From contig DASWTW010000024.1 in NCBI GenBank assembly GCA_036401895.1, forward strand, positions 1,730 through 65,729: a stretch of 64,000 bases of DNA. The letters are read 5' to 3'. This DNA is from Herpetosiphonaceae bacterium. GTDB taxonomy: Bacteria > Chloroflexota > Chloroflexia > Chloroflexales > Kallotenuaceae. Both the position numbers and the translations under genes were made by a program. A model generated the notes under the pieces. That model did not search any database. It had not been told where the DNA came from and worked only from the letters and a program-made list of their open reading frames with translations. Positions 50,602 to 61,442 of the stretch are shown one piece after another. Each line of letters starts with the position of its first letter. Within the stretch, counting starts at the first letter, position 1.

Positions 50602-52053
50602 TCAGGGCGCCTGCACCAATCCGGCGCCGGCGTCCTGCGCCGACAGATCCAGCCGCCGCGCGCTTTGCAGCAGCAGCCAGCCCAGGCTGCCGCCGCGAAC
50701 ATCCGGGTTTTGCTCCGCCAGCAGCGCCGCGATCCCGGCGACATGCGGTGTGGCCATGCTGGTGCCGCTGATCGTGCGGTAGAGCAGCGGACGCGGCCAG
50801 CTTGAGCGAACGGCCACGCCAGGCCCGGCGATGTCGACCTGGCCACCCTGGAAGGTCAGGCCGCCACACGAGAACGCCGCGACTTGCAGGTTGGAATCCA
50901 GCGCAGCAACCGCCATAATCGAGGGGCAGTTGGCCGGATGCGAGACCGGATTGATCTGTCCCGGCCGTCGGCTCTCGTTGCCGGCCGCGGCGACGATCAG
51001 CGTACCGGCTGCCAGCGCTCGCTTCGCGACTGTCTCGTAGACGCGCGAGAAGGCCTGGCCCGGCTCGGTCGCCGCGCCCAGCGACATCGAGATCACCGCA
51101 CATTTATTGGCGATCGCCCACTGGATACCGGCAAGAATACTGGCGTCGGTGCCGCTGCCGCGATTGCTGAGCACCTTGCCGACAAAGATCTCGGCATCGT
51201 AGGCGACGCCGTAGCGCGGCAGCTGGCCGCCCTGCTTCGGACCGCAGGCCGTGCCGATGCAGTGGGTGCCGTGGCCGTGTCCATCCTGCGCGGTTTCGCC
51301 GGCAACAAAGGATTGCGCAGTGATCATCCTGCCGATGAAATCGGGATGTCGCAGATCGAAGCCGGTGTCGAGCACAGCAACGCGCACGCCTTTGCCGGTA
51401 TAGCGCGACTCGGCAACTTTGGTGGCTTGCAGGCCCCAGGTGAGATCGGTCTCAGGCTCAAAGATCGAGCGCGTCATGCCGCCGCCAACAGCACTGGTGC
51501 TGCTGCTTCCGCCCAGCACCTGATCGACGACATGATTCACGGCGTCGCGGTAGCCGCGCAGATAGTCATGCGGCATCGCCGGAGAGGGAACGCTCACAGG
51601 ACCGGGAGGCAGCGCCTGCCCAAGCGATACGCCGCCCGACAAGGGAGCGCTGGTCTCGACCATCCGATCGAAGATCGCGTAGACCACGCGCTCAGGCTCG
51701 ATCGCCAGAATGCCGTTGTCCTCACTCGCCATCGTGCTCAGCGAACGAAATTGATCCGGCGGCGTATCAACTACCGCAACTGCCAGGTCGTCAAAGACGA
51801 TCGCGCTGCCGCTGGTGAGCGCATCGGTGTCAACCGCGCCGGACTCGAAGTCCGCCGAGCGGGTAACGTTCAAGCCAACGCGATCACTCAACGCACTGAT
51901 GCCCGCGTCCATGGCATCCTGACGCATCAGCACCAGATACCGGCCGGTGTAACCTGGCGCAACCGCTCCATCGGAGGAGTTGCCGTCCATTCCAGCACGC
52001 AGATTTTCATTGTCGTCGGCGCTTCCACGCCCGTTGCCTTTTGATGGAGCCAC
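50602..52053 (-). CDS. Subtilisin-like serine peptidase (S8) with N-terminal I9-like propeptide
   Basis: Catalytic triad contexts VAVLDTG, HGHGTHC, GTSMATPHVAG; GTG start with GGAAGGAGGA 5 nt upstream. Confidence 0.9.
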   Translation of the reverse strand: MAPSKGNGRGSADDNENLRAGMDGNSSDGAVAPGYTGRYLVLMRQDAMDAGISALSDRVGLNVTRSADFESGAVDTDALTSGSAIVFDDLAVAVVDTPPDQFRSLSTMASEDNGILAIEPERVVYAIFDRMVETSAPLSGGVSLGQALPPGPVSVPSPAMPHDYLRGYRDAVNHVVDQVLGGSSSTSAVGGGMTRSIFEPETDLTWGLQATKVAESRYTGKGVRVAVLDTGFDLRHPDFIGRMITAQSFVAGETAQDGHGHGTHCIGTACGPKQGGQLPRYGVAYDAEIFVGKVLSNRGSGTDASILAGIQWAIANKCAVISMSLGAATEPGQAFSRVYETVAKRALAAGTLIVAAAGNESRRPGQINPVSHPANCPSIMAVAALDSNLQVAAFSCGGLTFQGGQVDIAGPGVAVRSSWPRPLLYRTISGTSMATPHVAGIAALLAEQNPDVRGGSLGWLLLQSARRLDLSAQDAGAGLVQAP

Positions 52054-52383
52054 AGTGATCCTCCTTCCTTCGAACACAGGGGAGTGTGTTAAAGGCACGT
52101 GTGATACAGACAGCACAAGAGCTTGTGCCGGCAGTGACGGGAAACGAACACCTCCAATCACTTATAAGTAAGGGCAAGATGCGCGCAGAAAGCTTGCAGT
52201 TGGTATCGCCGCAGGACAAGCAACTTGTGGAGGAGCGATGCAGGGGAATGTGGTTCGGTGAATCTATACTACGCGTTCGGCAGGACTACGTCAAGACTTT
52301 TAGATTAAAAAATGCCGCTCCGAAACAGGGCAGAGAACCGGCCCGCGCTGATCCTCTGCGTCTGTCTCCTGTTTATGCGGCGC

Positions 52384-53991
52384 CTAGCGCTCTTCCCATA
52401 CGCTGCGCCCGCCGACAAAGGTTTGCGCAACTTCCATCTGCCACAGATCGTCGGGGTTGCTCTGGTACGGATCGGCGTTGAGCACCACCAGATCGGCGCG
52501 CAATCCCGGCGTAAGCGGTCCTTTCAGCGCGGTCTCACCGGAGGCGATCGCCGGGCCGACAACATACGACCACAGCGCGGCGTCCAGGCTCAAGGCCAGC
52601 TCCCGATGCCAGCCGTCAGGCGGCTGTCCATCCTGGCGCTTGCGCGTGACGGCGGCGTGAATGCCGGCCCACGGATCGAGCGTCTCGACAGGCGCGTCCG
52701 AGCCGAAGGCCAGCACCGCGCCCGACTGGCGCAGCGGCTGCCAGGCGTAGGACCAGCAGCAGCGCTCATCGCCCAGCAGCCGCTCAGCGATGTCGATGTC
52801 GGAAGTGGCGTGGATGGGCTGCATCGAGGCGATGACGTTGAGCGCGGCAAAGCGCGGCACGTCGGCCGGATCGAGGTGCTGCGCGTGCTCGATGCGATTC
52901 CGCAGCACAGGTTTAATCACATCTTCGCCGATGGTGGCAAAAAGCTGCTCCTGCGCCGCGATCGCGTCCAGCACGGTACGGTTCGCCCGATCGCCGATCG
53001 CGTGGACGGCCACGGAGATGCCGTTGGAATTAGCTTTGCGCACGGCTTCGTACAGCTCCTCTTCGGGAATCGTCGGGATGCCGTAGTTGGATGTGCTGCC
53101 GGCGAAGGGCGAGAGCATGTGGCAGGTACACGAGCCGAGCGAGCCGTCGCTGAAGATTTTCACGCCGCCGATGCGCAGCCACTCGTCGCCGAAGCCGGAG
53201 CGCACGCCCAGCGCGATGTAGTCGTCGAGCTGGCGGTAGGGCAGATGATACAAGCAGCGCGCGTCGAGCTGTCCCGCGCCGTACAGCACCTGAAGCGCCG
53301 CGAGCGTCGACGCTCCCTCGGGCATGTGCAGGCTGGTCAGGCCGCGCTGGTTACAGGCCCGGATGATCCGGCGCAGTGCCTGGACGTTTTCCGCCAGCGA
53401 CGGCTCGGGCACGATGGAGTAGATCAGATCGTTGGCGTTTTCCAGCAAGATTCCAGTGGGCTGTCCCAGCTCGTCACGCTGGATCAGGCCGCCGTCAGGA
53501 TCCGGCGTTTGCTCGTCGATGCCCGCGACGACCAGCGCCCGGCTGTTGACCCAGACTGAGTGGCCGTCTTTGCGCGACAGGATCGCGGGATGGCCCTGTG
53601 TCACACGATCCAGCTCCACAGCCGTCGGCCAGCGATAGTCCCAGAGCGCGTGATTCCAGCCATGGCCGCGCAGCCACGCGCCTTCGGGCAGCTGCTCGGC
53701 GTGTCGCCGGATCATCTCCAGCGCCTCGTCAAGCGAGCGCACACCATCGAGATTAACATTCTGGCTGTGGATGCCGGTCCAGAGCAGATGGATATGCGCG
53801 TCGGTCAGGCCGGGAACAACGGCTCGCCCACCGAGCGAGATGTCCTCGTAGCCGGGCCGCAGATGCTCGCGCACATCGGCAGCCGCGCCCGCCGCCACGA
53901 TCGTTTCGTCGCGAACCAGCAGCGCTTCGACCTGCGGCTGCTGCGGATCAAGCGTGTAGATCGCGCCGCCGTGAAAAAGTAGATCAGGCAT
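52384..53991 (-). CDS. Amidohydrolase-3 (YtcJ-like) metal-dependent hydrolase
   Basis: N-terminal HGGAIYT...VVPGLTDAHIHL metal-binding His pair; AGGAG 6 nt upstream of the ATG at 53991; the upstream part of the track ORF translates the repeat and is rejected. Confidence 0.8.
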   Translation of the reverse strand: MPDLLFHGGAIYTLDPQQPQVEALLVRDETIVAAGAAADVREHLRPGYEDISLGGRAVVPGLTDAHIHLLWTGIHSQNVNLDGVRSLDEALEMIRRHAEQLPEGAWLRGHGWNHALWDYRWPTAVELDRVTQGHPAILSRKDGHSVWVNSRALVVAGIDEQTPDPDGGLIQRDELGQPTGILLENANDLIYSIVPEPSLAENVQALRRIIRACNQRGLTSLHMPEGASTLAALQVLYGAGQLDARCLYHLPYRQLDDYIALGVRSGFGDEWLRIGGVKIFSDGSLGSCTCHMLSPFAGSTSNYGIPTIPEEELYEAVRKANSNGISVAVHAIGDRANRTVLDAIAAQEQLFATIGEDVIKPVLRNRIEHAQHLDPADVPRFAALNVIASMQPIHATSDIDIAERLLGDERCCWSYAWQPLRQSGAVLAFGSDAPVETLDPWAGIHAAVTRKRQDGQPPDGWHRELALSLDAALWSYVVGPAIASGETALKGPLTPGLRADLVVLNADPYQSNPDDLWQMEVAQTFVGGRSVWEER

Positions 53992-54000
53992 GGGAACTCC

Positions 54001-54235
54001 TGGGAAGAACAAACGAACAAACGAACAAACGAACAAAGCAGAGCCGAGAACCAAGAACAACAGAACAAAGAACAGAGAAGAACGGATCTTCCCCCTCGCC
54101 TGCCGCAACCGACGGGTACCCTCTGGGTGCAGCCCGCCGAGGTGTGGGGCAGGGGGAAGCGGGGCTGAGAGCCTGCCAGCTACTCTTTTGTTCCCTTGTT
54201 TCCTTGTTCCTTTGTTCTCGCGATAGCTACCGCCA
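54001..54235. repeat. Composite intergenic repeat: (GAACAAAC)x4-like heptamer array, then GC-rich module (CCCCCTCGCCTGCCGCAACCGACGGGTACCCTCTGGGTG...GGGGCTGAGAGCC), then inverted CTTTGTTCC heptamers
   Basis: Read directly; the 3' codons of psuG read into it. Confidence 0.7.
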
Positions 54236-55118
54236 CCTGCGCCGCCACCCGCGTATTGTTGTGCAGCAGCGCGATATTCGTCTCCAGGCTGCGACCGCCG
54301 GTTTCTTGCAGCATGGCCGCCAGCAAAAAGGGCGTGACCTGCGCGCCTTGCACGCCGGCCAGATTCGCCTCAGCCAGCGCACGAGTGATCGCGGCCTCGA
54401 CCTCCTCCGTAGGCAGCGCGGCCTCTGCGGGCGGCGGCACGGCCAGCACCATTCCGCCACCACCACCGATCCAGCGGTGGGCCTGCCACAGCGCGGCGAC
54501 CTCCTCGGGCGTGTCGGCGCGGGCGGTCACGCGCAGGCCGCTCGACTCCGAGTAGAAGGCCGGGAACGCGTCGGTGCCGTAGCCGACCACGGGCACGCCC
54601 AGCGTTTCGAGCACCTCAAGCGTCGCGGACAGATCCAGGATCGATTTGGCTCCCGCGCAGACGACCAGCACCGGCGTGCGGCCAAGCTCGGTCAGATCGG
54701 CGGACACGTCCCAGCTCTCGGTTGCGCCGCGATGCACGCCGCCGATGCCGCCCGTAGCAAAAACCTCGATGCCTGCGGCGTGAGCCAGCGCCATCGTTCC
54801 GGCGACCGTGGTCGCGCCGTCCTGCCGGGTCGCGATCGCCAGCGCGAGATCACGGCGCGACAGCTTGAGCACGTTCTGGCCCAGCGCAAACCGCTCGATC
54901 GTCGCGTCGTCCAGGCCGATCGAGGGCACGCCGCGCACCACGCCGATCGTCGCGGGCTGCGCGCCATGCTCGCGCACCGTGGCCTCAAGCGCGTAGGCCG
55001 TCTCCAGGTTGCGCGGATGCGGCAGTCCATGCGCGATCACCGTCGATTCGAGCGCGACAACCGCGCCGCCTGCCGTCAGCGCCTGCTGAATAGCGGGTTG
55101 TATCTCTAGTCGTGTCAT
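54180..55118 (-). CDS. psuG: Pseudouridine-5'-phosphate glycosidase
   Basis: N-terminus MTRLEIQPAIQQALTAGGAVVALESTVIAHGLP is typical of PsuG (IndA family); the start is chosen at the third in-frame ATG of the track ORF on SD spacing grounds. Confidence 0.8.
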   Translation of the reverse strand: MTRLEIQPAIQQALTAGGAVVALESTVIAHGLPHPRNLETAYALEATVREHGAQPATIGVVRGVPSIGLDDATIERFALGQNVLKLSRRDLALAIATRQDGATTVAGTMALAHAAGIEVFATGGIGGVHRGATESWDVSADLTELGRTPVLVVCAGAKSILDLSATLEVLETLGVPVVGYGTDAFPAFYSESSGLRVTARADTPEEVAALWQAHRWIGGGGGMVLAVPPPAEAALPTEEVEAAITRALAEANLAGVQGAQVTPFLLAAMLQETGGRSLETNIALLHNNTRVAAQVAVAIARTKEQGNKGTKE

Positions 55119-55516
55119 AGGTTCCATCCTTTGGCGCAAGTGTACTCATACCCAGGCGAGTGTGCAACTTGCTTGACAAGCGCCATGCCAGCCGCTATGA
55201 TTCGCGCCAACGACCATGACGGAGACTAGTACGCTGGACGCCAGCACACAGCGAGCCGCCGATAGTGCAAGTGCGGCAGCCGGAACCAGCCGAATCCACT
55301 CCCGAGTCGAAGATGTACCAGCCGGAGCGACATCTTTTCCAGCCGCATCCTTGATCGCTCAGCTCTAAGTCTTTTCCGGTTCGCCTCCGTTAGCGGGCGC
55401 TTCAAGGTCGTCGATCGCGCGGTCGGCGGCGAATGAGGGTGGCACCACGAAGATCAATCCTTCGTCCTTCACGGACGGAGGTTTTTTTAATTGCTGGCAA
55501 GTGGAGAAACAAGGAC

Positions 55517-56527
55517 ATGATCAGTACGCAACCGCTGCGACGCGGCGCGGCCTCGCAGGCAACCGCCCATCCGGTAATCTCGGTCGTTGCTCCGGTCTAT
55601 AACGAGGCGCCAACGCTGCCGCTATTCTGTGAGCGGGTGATCGCGGCGCTGGAGCCCCTGGGCGAGCCATTCGAGGTTGTGTTGATCAATGACGGCAGCC
55701 GCGACGGCTCGATGGACGTGATGCGCGAGCTGCACGCCGCCGACGATCGGATCAAGGCCGTGAACTTTTCGCGGAACTTCGGTCATCAGCTGGCGATCAC
55801 CGCCGGCATCGACTATGCGCGCGGCGATGCCGTGGTCGTGATCGACTCGGACCTGCAAGATCCGCCCGAGGTCATCCCGGAGCTGGTGGCGAAGTGGCGC
55901 GAGGGCTACGGCATCGTCTTTGCGCAGCGCTCGGAGCGTGAGGGCGAGACCTGGTTCAAGAAGGCGACGGCCTCGTTCTTCTACCGGCTGATCCGCAAGA
56001 TCACCAATGTCAACATCCCGGTCGATACCGGCGACTTCCGGCTGATGGATCGCAAGGTGGTCGATGCGCTGACGCAGATGCGCGAGCATCATCGCTTTAT
56101 GCGCGGGCTGTCGGTGTGGGTCGGCTTCAAGCAGACCGGCGTGGAGTACCGTCGCGCGCCGCGTCATGCCGGCGAGACCAAGTACCCCATCAGCAAGATG
56201 GTCCGCTTTGCGCTCGACGGCATCACTAGCTTTTCGTATCTGCCGCTTCAACTGGCGACCTACTTCGGCTTTTTCGTGGCGTTGATCAGCATGATCGCGC
56301 TGGTGGCGGTGATTATTCTGCGTCTGACCGGATCGCAGGCTAATTTCTACGGTCAGGCTTCAACGCTGGTGAGCGTGCTGTTTCTGGGCGGCATTCAGCT
56401 AATCTTCCTGGGCATCATCGGCGAGTACCTGGGCCGGATCTACGACGAGGTCAAACGCCGGCCGCTCTACATCGTCTCGGATGTGCTGGGCATGGACCAG
56501 AAGCAGGAACAGGAAAGCGATCTATGA
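55517..56527 (+). CDS. Family-2 glycosyltransferase (polyprenyl-phosphate sugar transferase-like) with two C-terminal TM helices
   Basis: [10 protein letters not shown]...DGSRDGS...DSDLQDPPE motifs (DXD); C-terminal TM pair; the upstream portion of the track ORF is rejected. Confidence 0.85.
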   Translation: MISTQPLRRGAASQATAHPVISVVAPVYNEAPTLPLFCERVIAALEPLGEPFEVVLINDGSRDGSMDVMRELHAADDRIKAVNFSRNFGHQLAITAGIDYARGDAVVVIDSDLQDPPEVIPELVAKWREGYGIVFAQRSEREGETWFKKATASFFYRLIRKITNVNIPVDTGDFRLMDRKVVDALTQMREHHRFMRGLSVWVGFKQTGVEYRRAPRHAGETKYPISKMVRFALDGITSFSYLPLQLATYFGFFVALISMIALVAVIILRLTGSQANFYGQASTLVSVLFLGGIQLIFLGIIGEYLGRIYDEVKRRPLYIVSDVLGMDQKQEQESDL

Positions 56528-57015
56528 GCGGCTACACACCGATTCTGGCCACGCTGGGCTATATCGTCTCGCCGGATGGCAGCCAGGTGCTGCTGGTGCA
56601 TCGCAACAAGCGTCCCGACGATCTGCATTATGGCAAGTACAACGGCCTGGGCGGCAAGCTCGATCGCGACGAGTCCGTGACCGACTGCATGAAGCGCGAG
56701 ATTCTTGAAGAGTCCGGCCTGCACGTCGAGGCGATGACGCTGCGCGGCATGATCAACTGGCCCGGCTTCGGCAAGAACGAGGAGGACTGGTTCGGCTTTA
56801 TCTTTCGCATCGATCGCTGGAGCGGCACGCCGCACGCGGGCAACCACGAGGGCACGCTGGAATGGATCGATCGTGAGCGGCTGCTGGATCTGCCGATGTG
56901 GGAGAGCGATAAGCATTTTCTGCCGATGGTCTTTGACGATTCGCCGGCCGTGTTTCATGGCGTGATGCCTTACCAGAACGGTCATATGGTGGCGTGGAGC
57001 TATGAGCGTTATTAA
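56524..57015 (+). CDS. NUDIX hydrolase
   Basis: Nudix box [24 protein letters not shown]; start overlaps the GT2 stop (ATGA). Confidence 0.8.
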   Translation: MSGYTPILATLGYIVSPDGSQVLLVHRNKRPDDLHYGKYNGLGGKLDRDESVTDCMKREILEESGLHVEAMTLRGMINWPGFGKNEEDWFGFIFRIDRWSGTPHAGNHEGTLEWIDRERLLDLPMWESDKHFLPMVFDDSPAVFHGVMPYQNGHMVAWSYERY

Positions 57016-57032
57016 GCGAAGGAATCACTACT

Positions 57033-58307
57033 ATGCTGGACATCAAATTAATCCGTGAGCAGACCGAGCAGGTCAAAGAAGGCATTCGCCGGCGCGGCGA
57101 TGATCCCGCGATGGTCGACGAGGTGCTGCGGCTGGATGCCCGCCGTCGCGAGTTGCTGAGCGAGGTTGAGCGGCTCAAAGCCGAGAAGAACGCGGCCTCC
57201 AAGGCGATCGGCAAGATCAAAGATGCCGAGGAGCGTGCCCAGGCGATCGCCGCGATGCGTAACCAGGGCGATCGCATTCCCGAGCTAGACAAGGAGGTTG
57301 CGGAGGTCGAGGCGGCGCTGCAAGCGCTGATGCTGGTGCTGCCGAATCTGCCGCATCCCGACGTGCCGGTCGGCACCAGCGAAGACGACAACATCGTCGT
57401 GCGCACCGAGGGCACGCCGCGCGAGTTTGGCTTCACGCCCAGGCCGCACTGGGAGCTGGGCGAGCAGCTCGGCATCATCGACTTTGAGCGCGGCGTGAAG
57501 CTGAGCGGTAGCCGCTTCTTTGTGCTCAAGGGCGCGGGCTCTCGGCTTCAGCGCGCGCTGATCACCTGGATGCTCGACGTACACATCAGCCAGCACGGCT
57601 ACACCGAGATCACGCCGCCGTACGTGGTGAAAGAAGAAGTGCTGGTCGGGACGGGCAATCTGCCCAAGTTCGGCGAGAATCTGTTTCGGATCGAGGGCGT
57701 GGACCTGACGCTGATTCCGACCGCCGAGGTGCCGGTGACGAACCTGTACCGCGAGGAGATTCTCGCTCCGGGCACGCTGCCGATCTATCACGTCGCGTAC
57801 ACGCCCTGCTGGCGCAACGAGCAGATCAGCGCCGGACGCGATGTGCGCGGCATTAAGCGCGTGTACCAGTTCGATAAAGTCGAGATGGTCAAGTTTGTCA
57901 CGGCAGAGACCAGCTACGACGAGCTGACGACGCTGGTCGACAACGCTGAGGATATTTGCAAGGCGCTCAAGATTCCCTACCGGCTGCTTCAGCTCTGCAC
58001 CGCCGACCTGGGTGTCGCAGCCATGAAGTACGATCTTGAGCTGTTCGCGCCCGGCTGCGGCGAGTGGCTGGAGGTCAGCTCCTGCGCCAACTTCGGCGAC
58101 TACCAGGCACGCCGCGCGAACATCCGCTATCGCCCTGAGCCGAACGCCAAGCCTGAGTTTGTACACACGCTCAATGGCTCCGGCCTAGCGCTGCCCCGCG
58201 TGGTGATCGCGATCATGGAGAACTACCAGCGCGAAGACGGCTCGATCGAGGTGCCCGAGGTGCTGCGGCCATACATGGGCGGCATCGAGGTAATCACGGC
58301 GCAGTAG
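57033..58307 (+). CDS. serS: Seryl-tRNA synthetase
   Basis: N-terminal coiled-coil arm and class II core motifs; 424 aa. Confidence 0.95.
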   Translation: MLDIKLIREQTEQVKEGIRRRGDDPAMVDEVLRLDARRRELLSEVERLKAEKNAASKAIGKIKDAEERAQAIAAMRNQGDRIPELDKEVAEVEAALQALMLVLPNLPHPDVPVGTSEDDNIVVRTEGTPREFGFTPRPHWELGEQLGIIDFERGVKLSGSRFFVLKGAGSRLQRALITWMLDVHISQHGYTEITPPYVVKEEVLVGTGNLPKFGENLFRIEGVDLTLIPTAEVPVTNLYREEILAPGTLPIYHVAYTPCWRNEQISAGRDVRGIKRVYQFDKVEMVKFVTAETSYDELTTLVDNAEDICKALKIPYRLLQLCTADLGVAAMKYDLELFAPGCGEWLEVSSCANFGDYQARRANIRYRPEPNAKPEFVHTLNGSGLALPRVVIAIMENYQREDGSIEVPEVLRPYMGGIEVITAQ

Positions 58308-58326
58308 CAGATCGACAGGAACCGGA

Positions 58327-58361
58327 AGCGGCGATCAGGACGTGCCTGGTCGCCGCTTTTT
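58327..58361 (+). terminator. Terminator hairpin AGCGGCGATCAGG-acgtg-CCTGGTCGCCGCT followed by TTTTT, 3' of serS
   Basis: 13-bp stem with one mismatch plus T-run, read directly; convergent with the MBL-hydrolase gene. Confidence 0.6.
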
Positions 58362-58364
58362 GAT

Positions 58365-59228
58365 TCAGGAATGATTCGGCAGCCCGGCCAGAAATTCCCC
58401 GAGAATATCGATATGATCTTCGTTGAGCGGCTCGGCCAGCGCCGCGGGCAGCGCCGCCAGGATCGCCTCACGATCCGCGCCGTGCTCGTCCACCAGGCCG
58501 CCGATCGTGCGCAGCAGCGCGGCCTCGGTCTGCATCTCAGCGCGCGTCATCGGCTGGGGATGATGGCCGGCCAGGTAGCACTCGGCGTCGAAGCTCAGCA
58601 GCCGATCCAGCAGCGGAAACAGCTTCGGCGTGGTGTAGTGCCGCGCGGGAGCGTAGATCGCCGGGTAGAGGCAATCGCCCAGAAAGACGATGCGATCCTC
58701 GGGCACATGCACGACCACCGAGTCCGCCGAGTGGTCGCCGCCCACATGCACGATGTGACAGGTGACGCCGCCCAGATCCAGCTCGATCTGGTCACGAAAG
58801 CTGATCTCGGGCGGACGAATCACCAGATCCGCGCGATCCGGCAGCTCAGCCTTGATCATATCGCGACAAAACTCGATCTCGACACCAGCCGCGACTCGCG
58901 CGTCCAGCGCGGCATCGCTCCAATCCAGCGTCGCCATCTCGGTTACGACCCGGCGCGTCTCCGCGTGGGCAAAGGTCGGCAGATCGAGCGCGGCCGTGCC
59001 AAACACATGATCCCAGTGCCAGTGCGTCAGCGCCACAAACGACGGCGTGACACGAATGCGCGACAGCTCGCTCAGCAGAACGTGAGCATGAGCCACCGAG
59101 TTTCCCGCATCGACAAGTAATGTGCCGCGCTGACCGATGATCGCGCCCAGCGTCGGCCGATCCGTGGTCGAGTCGGGCGAAAGCCAGTAGGTGTGCTCGG
59201 CGATTCGATTGAAGGTATGGTTGATCAC
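58365..59228 (-). CDS. MBL-fold metallo-hydrolase
   Basis: HWHWDH zinc-binding motif. Confidence 0.8.
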   Translation of the reverse strand: MINHTFNRIAEHTYWLSPDSTTDRPTLGAIIGQRGTLLVDAGNSVAHAHVLLSELSRIRVTPSFVALTHWHWDHVFGTAALDLPTFAHAETRRVVTEMATLDWSDAALDARVAAGVEIEFCRDMIKAELPDRADLVIRPPEISFRDQIELDLGGVTCHIVHVGGDHSADSVVVHVPEDRIVFLGDCLYPAIYAPARHYTTPKLFPLLDRLLSFDAECYLAGHHPQPMTRAEMQTEAALLRTIGGLVDEHGADREAILAALPAALAEPLNEDHIDILGEFLAGLPNHS

Positions 59229-59249
59229 AGGTAATTTCCAAATCCTATG

Positions 59250-60047
59250 CTAAAGCATTGATGTGCGTACTTGCGGCTTGCCCCATACGATCTCGGCGAT
59301 GATCCGCAGCTCGACGAGCGTGTGTTGCTCCTGAGCGAGCACCTCTCGAACAGCCTGATCAAACGCCGCTGCCGCTTCGGGCGACATGCGCTGCCGCGAA
59401 AATGAGGCCCGACCATGAAACGACTCGATATAGGTATCTACCGGTTGCCGAATCGCTACAGGCCTGGTGCGGTGCCTGCCGATAGGCGTAAATAGTCCAC
59501 GCCGCTCCAGCTCTGCAATGAGGTTAAGCGGCTGGTACTCCTGATTTGTCGAATAGCGGCGAATGAGCGATGCTAAAGCCGCATCCCAGGGGAGTAGAAG
59601 TTGTCCCAGCTCGATAATCGCCAGATAGCCATTGGGCGTCAGCATCCGGGCAAATCGTGGAAGAGCAATATCCCAATCCAGCCAGTGAAAGCTTTCGCCC
59701 GCCGTGATCATGCTATACGGCGGATCGAGCGGAGCATCCTCCGCTCGGCCAACTATCCAGCGCAGGTTTGGCGCATCGCCATGCGGTAATCGCTGGCCCT
59801 CGGCGATCATAGGTACCGAAATATCCACAGCATCGACATGCTCGACGAGCTGCGTTAATGGCCGCGCTAAGAAGCCAGTCCCGCATCCAACATCCAGCAC
59901 TCGACGAGGCGTATCGCCGGCGAGCCGGGCCAGAAACGCCAGCACTTCTTCAGGATAGCCTGGCCGGTGCTGGTAGGCAGCAACAACACTTGACTCTTGA
60001 AATGCGGATGCGTGCTGCTGGCTCCACTGGCGCGGTTTTGGCTGCAT
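59250..60047 (-). CDS. Class I SAM-dependent methyltransferase
   Basis: VLDVGCGTG motif I; ATG at 60047 has AGGAG 7 nt upstream; the track ORF's N-terminal extension is rejected. Confidence 0.75.
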   Translation of the reverse strand: MQPKPRQWSQQHASAFQESSVVAAYQHRPGYPEEVLAFLARLAGDTPRRVLDVGCGTGFLARPLTQLVEHVDAVDISVPMIAEGQRLPHGDAPNLRWIVGRAEDAPLDPPYSMITAGESFHWLDWDIALPRFARMLTPNGYLAIIELGQLLLPWDAALASLIRRYSTNQEYQPLNLIAELERRGLFTPIGRHRTRPVAIRQPVDTYIESFHGRASFSRQRMSPEAAAAFDQAVREVLAQEQHTLVELRIIAEIVWGKPQVRTSML

Positions 60048-60207
60048 GATCTTCTCCTGGCACCATTGTACGTGAGGCGAGAAACAGCCGCCAGGAATTT
60101 TGCCTGCGGATTGTAGCACGGCCTTCAATCTGGTCCTGAAATTGCTATACCAGCAGCAGCGACTACACACTTCTACAGCTTTATTCGCACTCAAAAGGAT
60201 CAAAAAT

Positions 60208-61068
60208 ATGAGACAGGCCGGCTCATCTGTGCGGCAGGCGACGGATCAGGCGGAACAAGCGGCGCGGCAGGCGGCGGCGAATCCCTGGGTGGAGCGACTG
60301 GCGCGGCTGGGCTTCGTGGCGAAGGGGATTGTGTATATCACGATCGGCGCACTGGCAACACGGGCGGCGCTCGGCTCGGGCGGCGCAACCACGGACTCGC
60401 GCGGCGCGATCGAGACGCTGAGCCAACAGCCGTTTGGCCGCGTGCTGCTCGGTGTGCTGGCGGTGGGCCTACTTGGCCACGCGCTGTGGCGCTTCGTCGA
60501 GGCGGCAGTCGATCCCGAACGGAGCGGCACTGACGCGAAAGGTCTGGCCAAGCGCATCGGCTACGCGGTCATCGGCGTGGCGTATATTGGCCTGGCGCTG
60601 ACGGCGGTGCAGCTTATGCGCGGTGCGAACGACGCCGGCGGCGACTCGACGGCGGACTGGACCGCGCGGCTGATGGGGCAGCCCTTTGGCCGCGTGCTGG
60701 TTGGTCTGGTCGGGCTGGGTGTGATCGGCATCGGGCTGTACCAGTTCTATCAGGCGTACAGCGCGAAGTTTAAAGAGAAGCTTAAGCTGGGCGAGATGAG
60801 CCGCACCGAGCAGGAGTGGACGATCCGCAGCGGGCGCTTTGGCCATGCTGCGCGCGGCGTGGTCTTCGGCATCGTCGGCGGCTTCCTGGTGCAGGCGGCG
60901 CTCCAGTATGATCCGCAAAAAGCTCAGGGTCTGGGCGGCGCGCTTCAGACGCTGGCGGCGCGACCGACGCTCGGCCCGTGGCTGCTGGGGATCGTGGCGG
61001 TGGGGCTGGTTGCCTACGGCGTGTATATGCTAATCAGCGCGCGCTACCGGCGGATTTTTTACGGGTAG
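60208..61068 (+). CDS. DUF1206-like triple-repeat integral membrane protein
   Basis: Three repeats of about 70 aa, each with a paired TM pattern (KGIVY..IG..A....G / GRVL.G..A.GL..H..W), as recalled for DUF1206; ATG at 60208. Confidence 0.55.
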   Translation: MRQAGSSVRQATDQAEQAARQAAANPWVERLARLGFVAKGIVYITIGALATRAALGSGGATTDSRGAIETLSQQPFGRVLLGVLAVGLLGHALWRFVEAAVDPERSGTDAKGLAKRIGYAVIGVAYIGLALTAVQLMRGANDAGGDSTADWTARLMGQPFGRVLVGLVGLGVIGIGLYQFYQAYSAKFKEKLKLGEMSRTEQEWTIRSGRFGHAARGVVFGIVGGFLVQAALQYDPQKAQGLGGALQTLAARPTLGPWLLGIVAVGLVAYGVYMLISARYRRIFYG

Positions 61069-61069
61069 A

Positions 61070-61345
61070 GCTGGCCCTCACCCCTGGCCTACGGCCTCCC
61101 CCTCTCCCGTTGCGACAGGAGAGGGGGAAGATCTAAACCTCTTTGTTTCGTTAGCAGGCCCTCACCCCTGATGCTTTGCATCTTCCCCTCCCCGAACCTC
61201 GGCAGGCTTCTACACCCAGAGGGTACCCGGGTTGCGACAGGAGAGGGGATTTTTGGTACTTTCTTTGTTCCCTTGTTCGGCTCTTGGTTTGCTTCGTTAG
61301 GTTCTAGGTTCTTGGTTCTCCGTTCTCCGTTCTCCGTCGAACCGT
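61070..61345. repeat. Composite intergenic repeat containing two GC-rich modules in opposite orientations (61073-61130 short form; 61143-61255 long form) followed by a CTTTGTTCC / GGTTCTAGGTTCTTGGTTCTCCGTTCTCCGTTCTCCG heptamer array
   Basis: Read directly; 61143-61255 is the reverse complement of the 54093-54178 type. Confidence 0.7.
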
Positions 61346-61442
61346 TTCCCGCGATCGGCGGTATACTTAAGTAAAATCGATCGCAGCGACCAGTCCCCCC
61401 AAAACGGCTTCGCGATCGAAATCCCCAGCGGCAGGAGGACCA

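Noticed and set aside
50884-53559. Plus-strand ORFs of 386 and 415 aa
   Set aside because: Antisense to the S8 protease and amidohydrolase genes, both with diagnostic catalytic motifs on the minus strand
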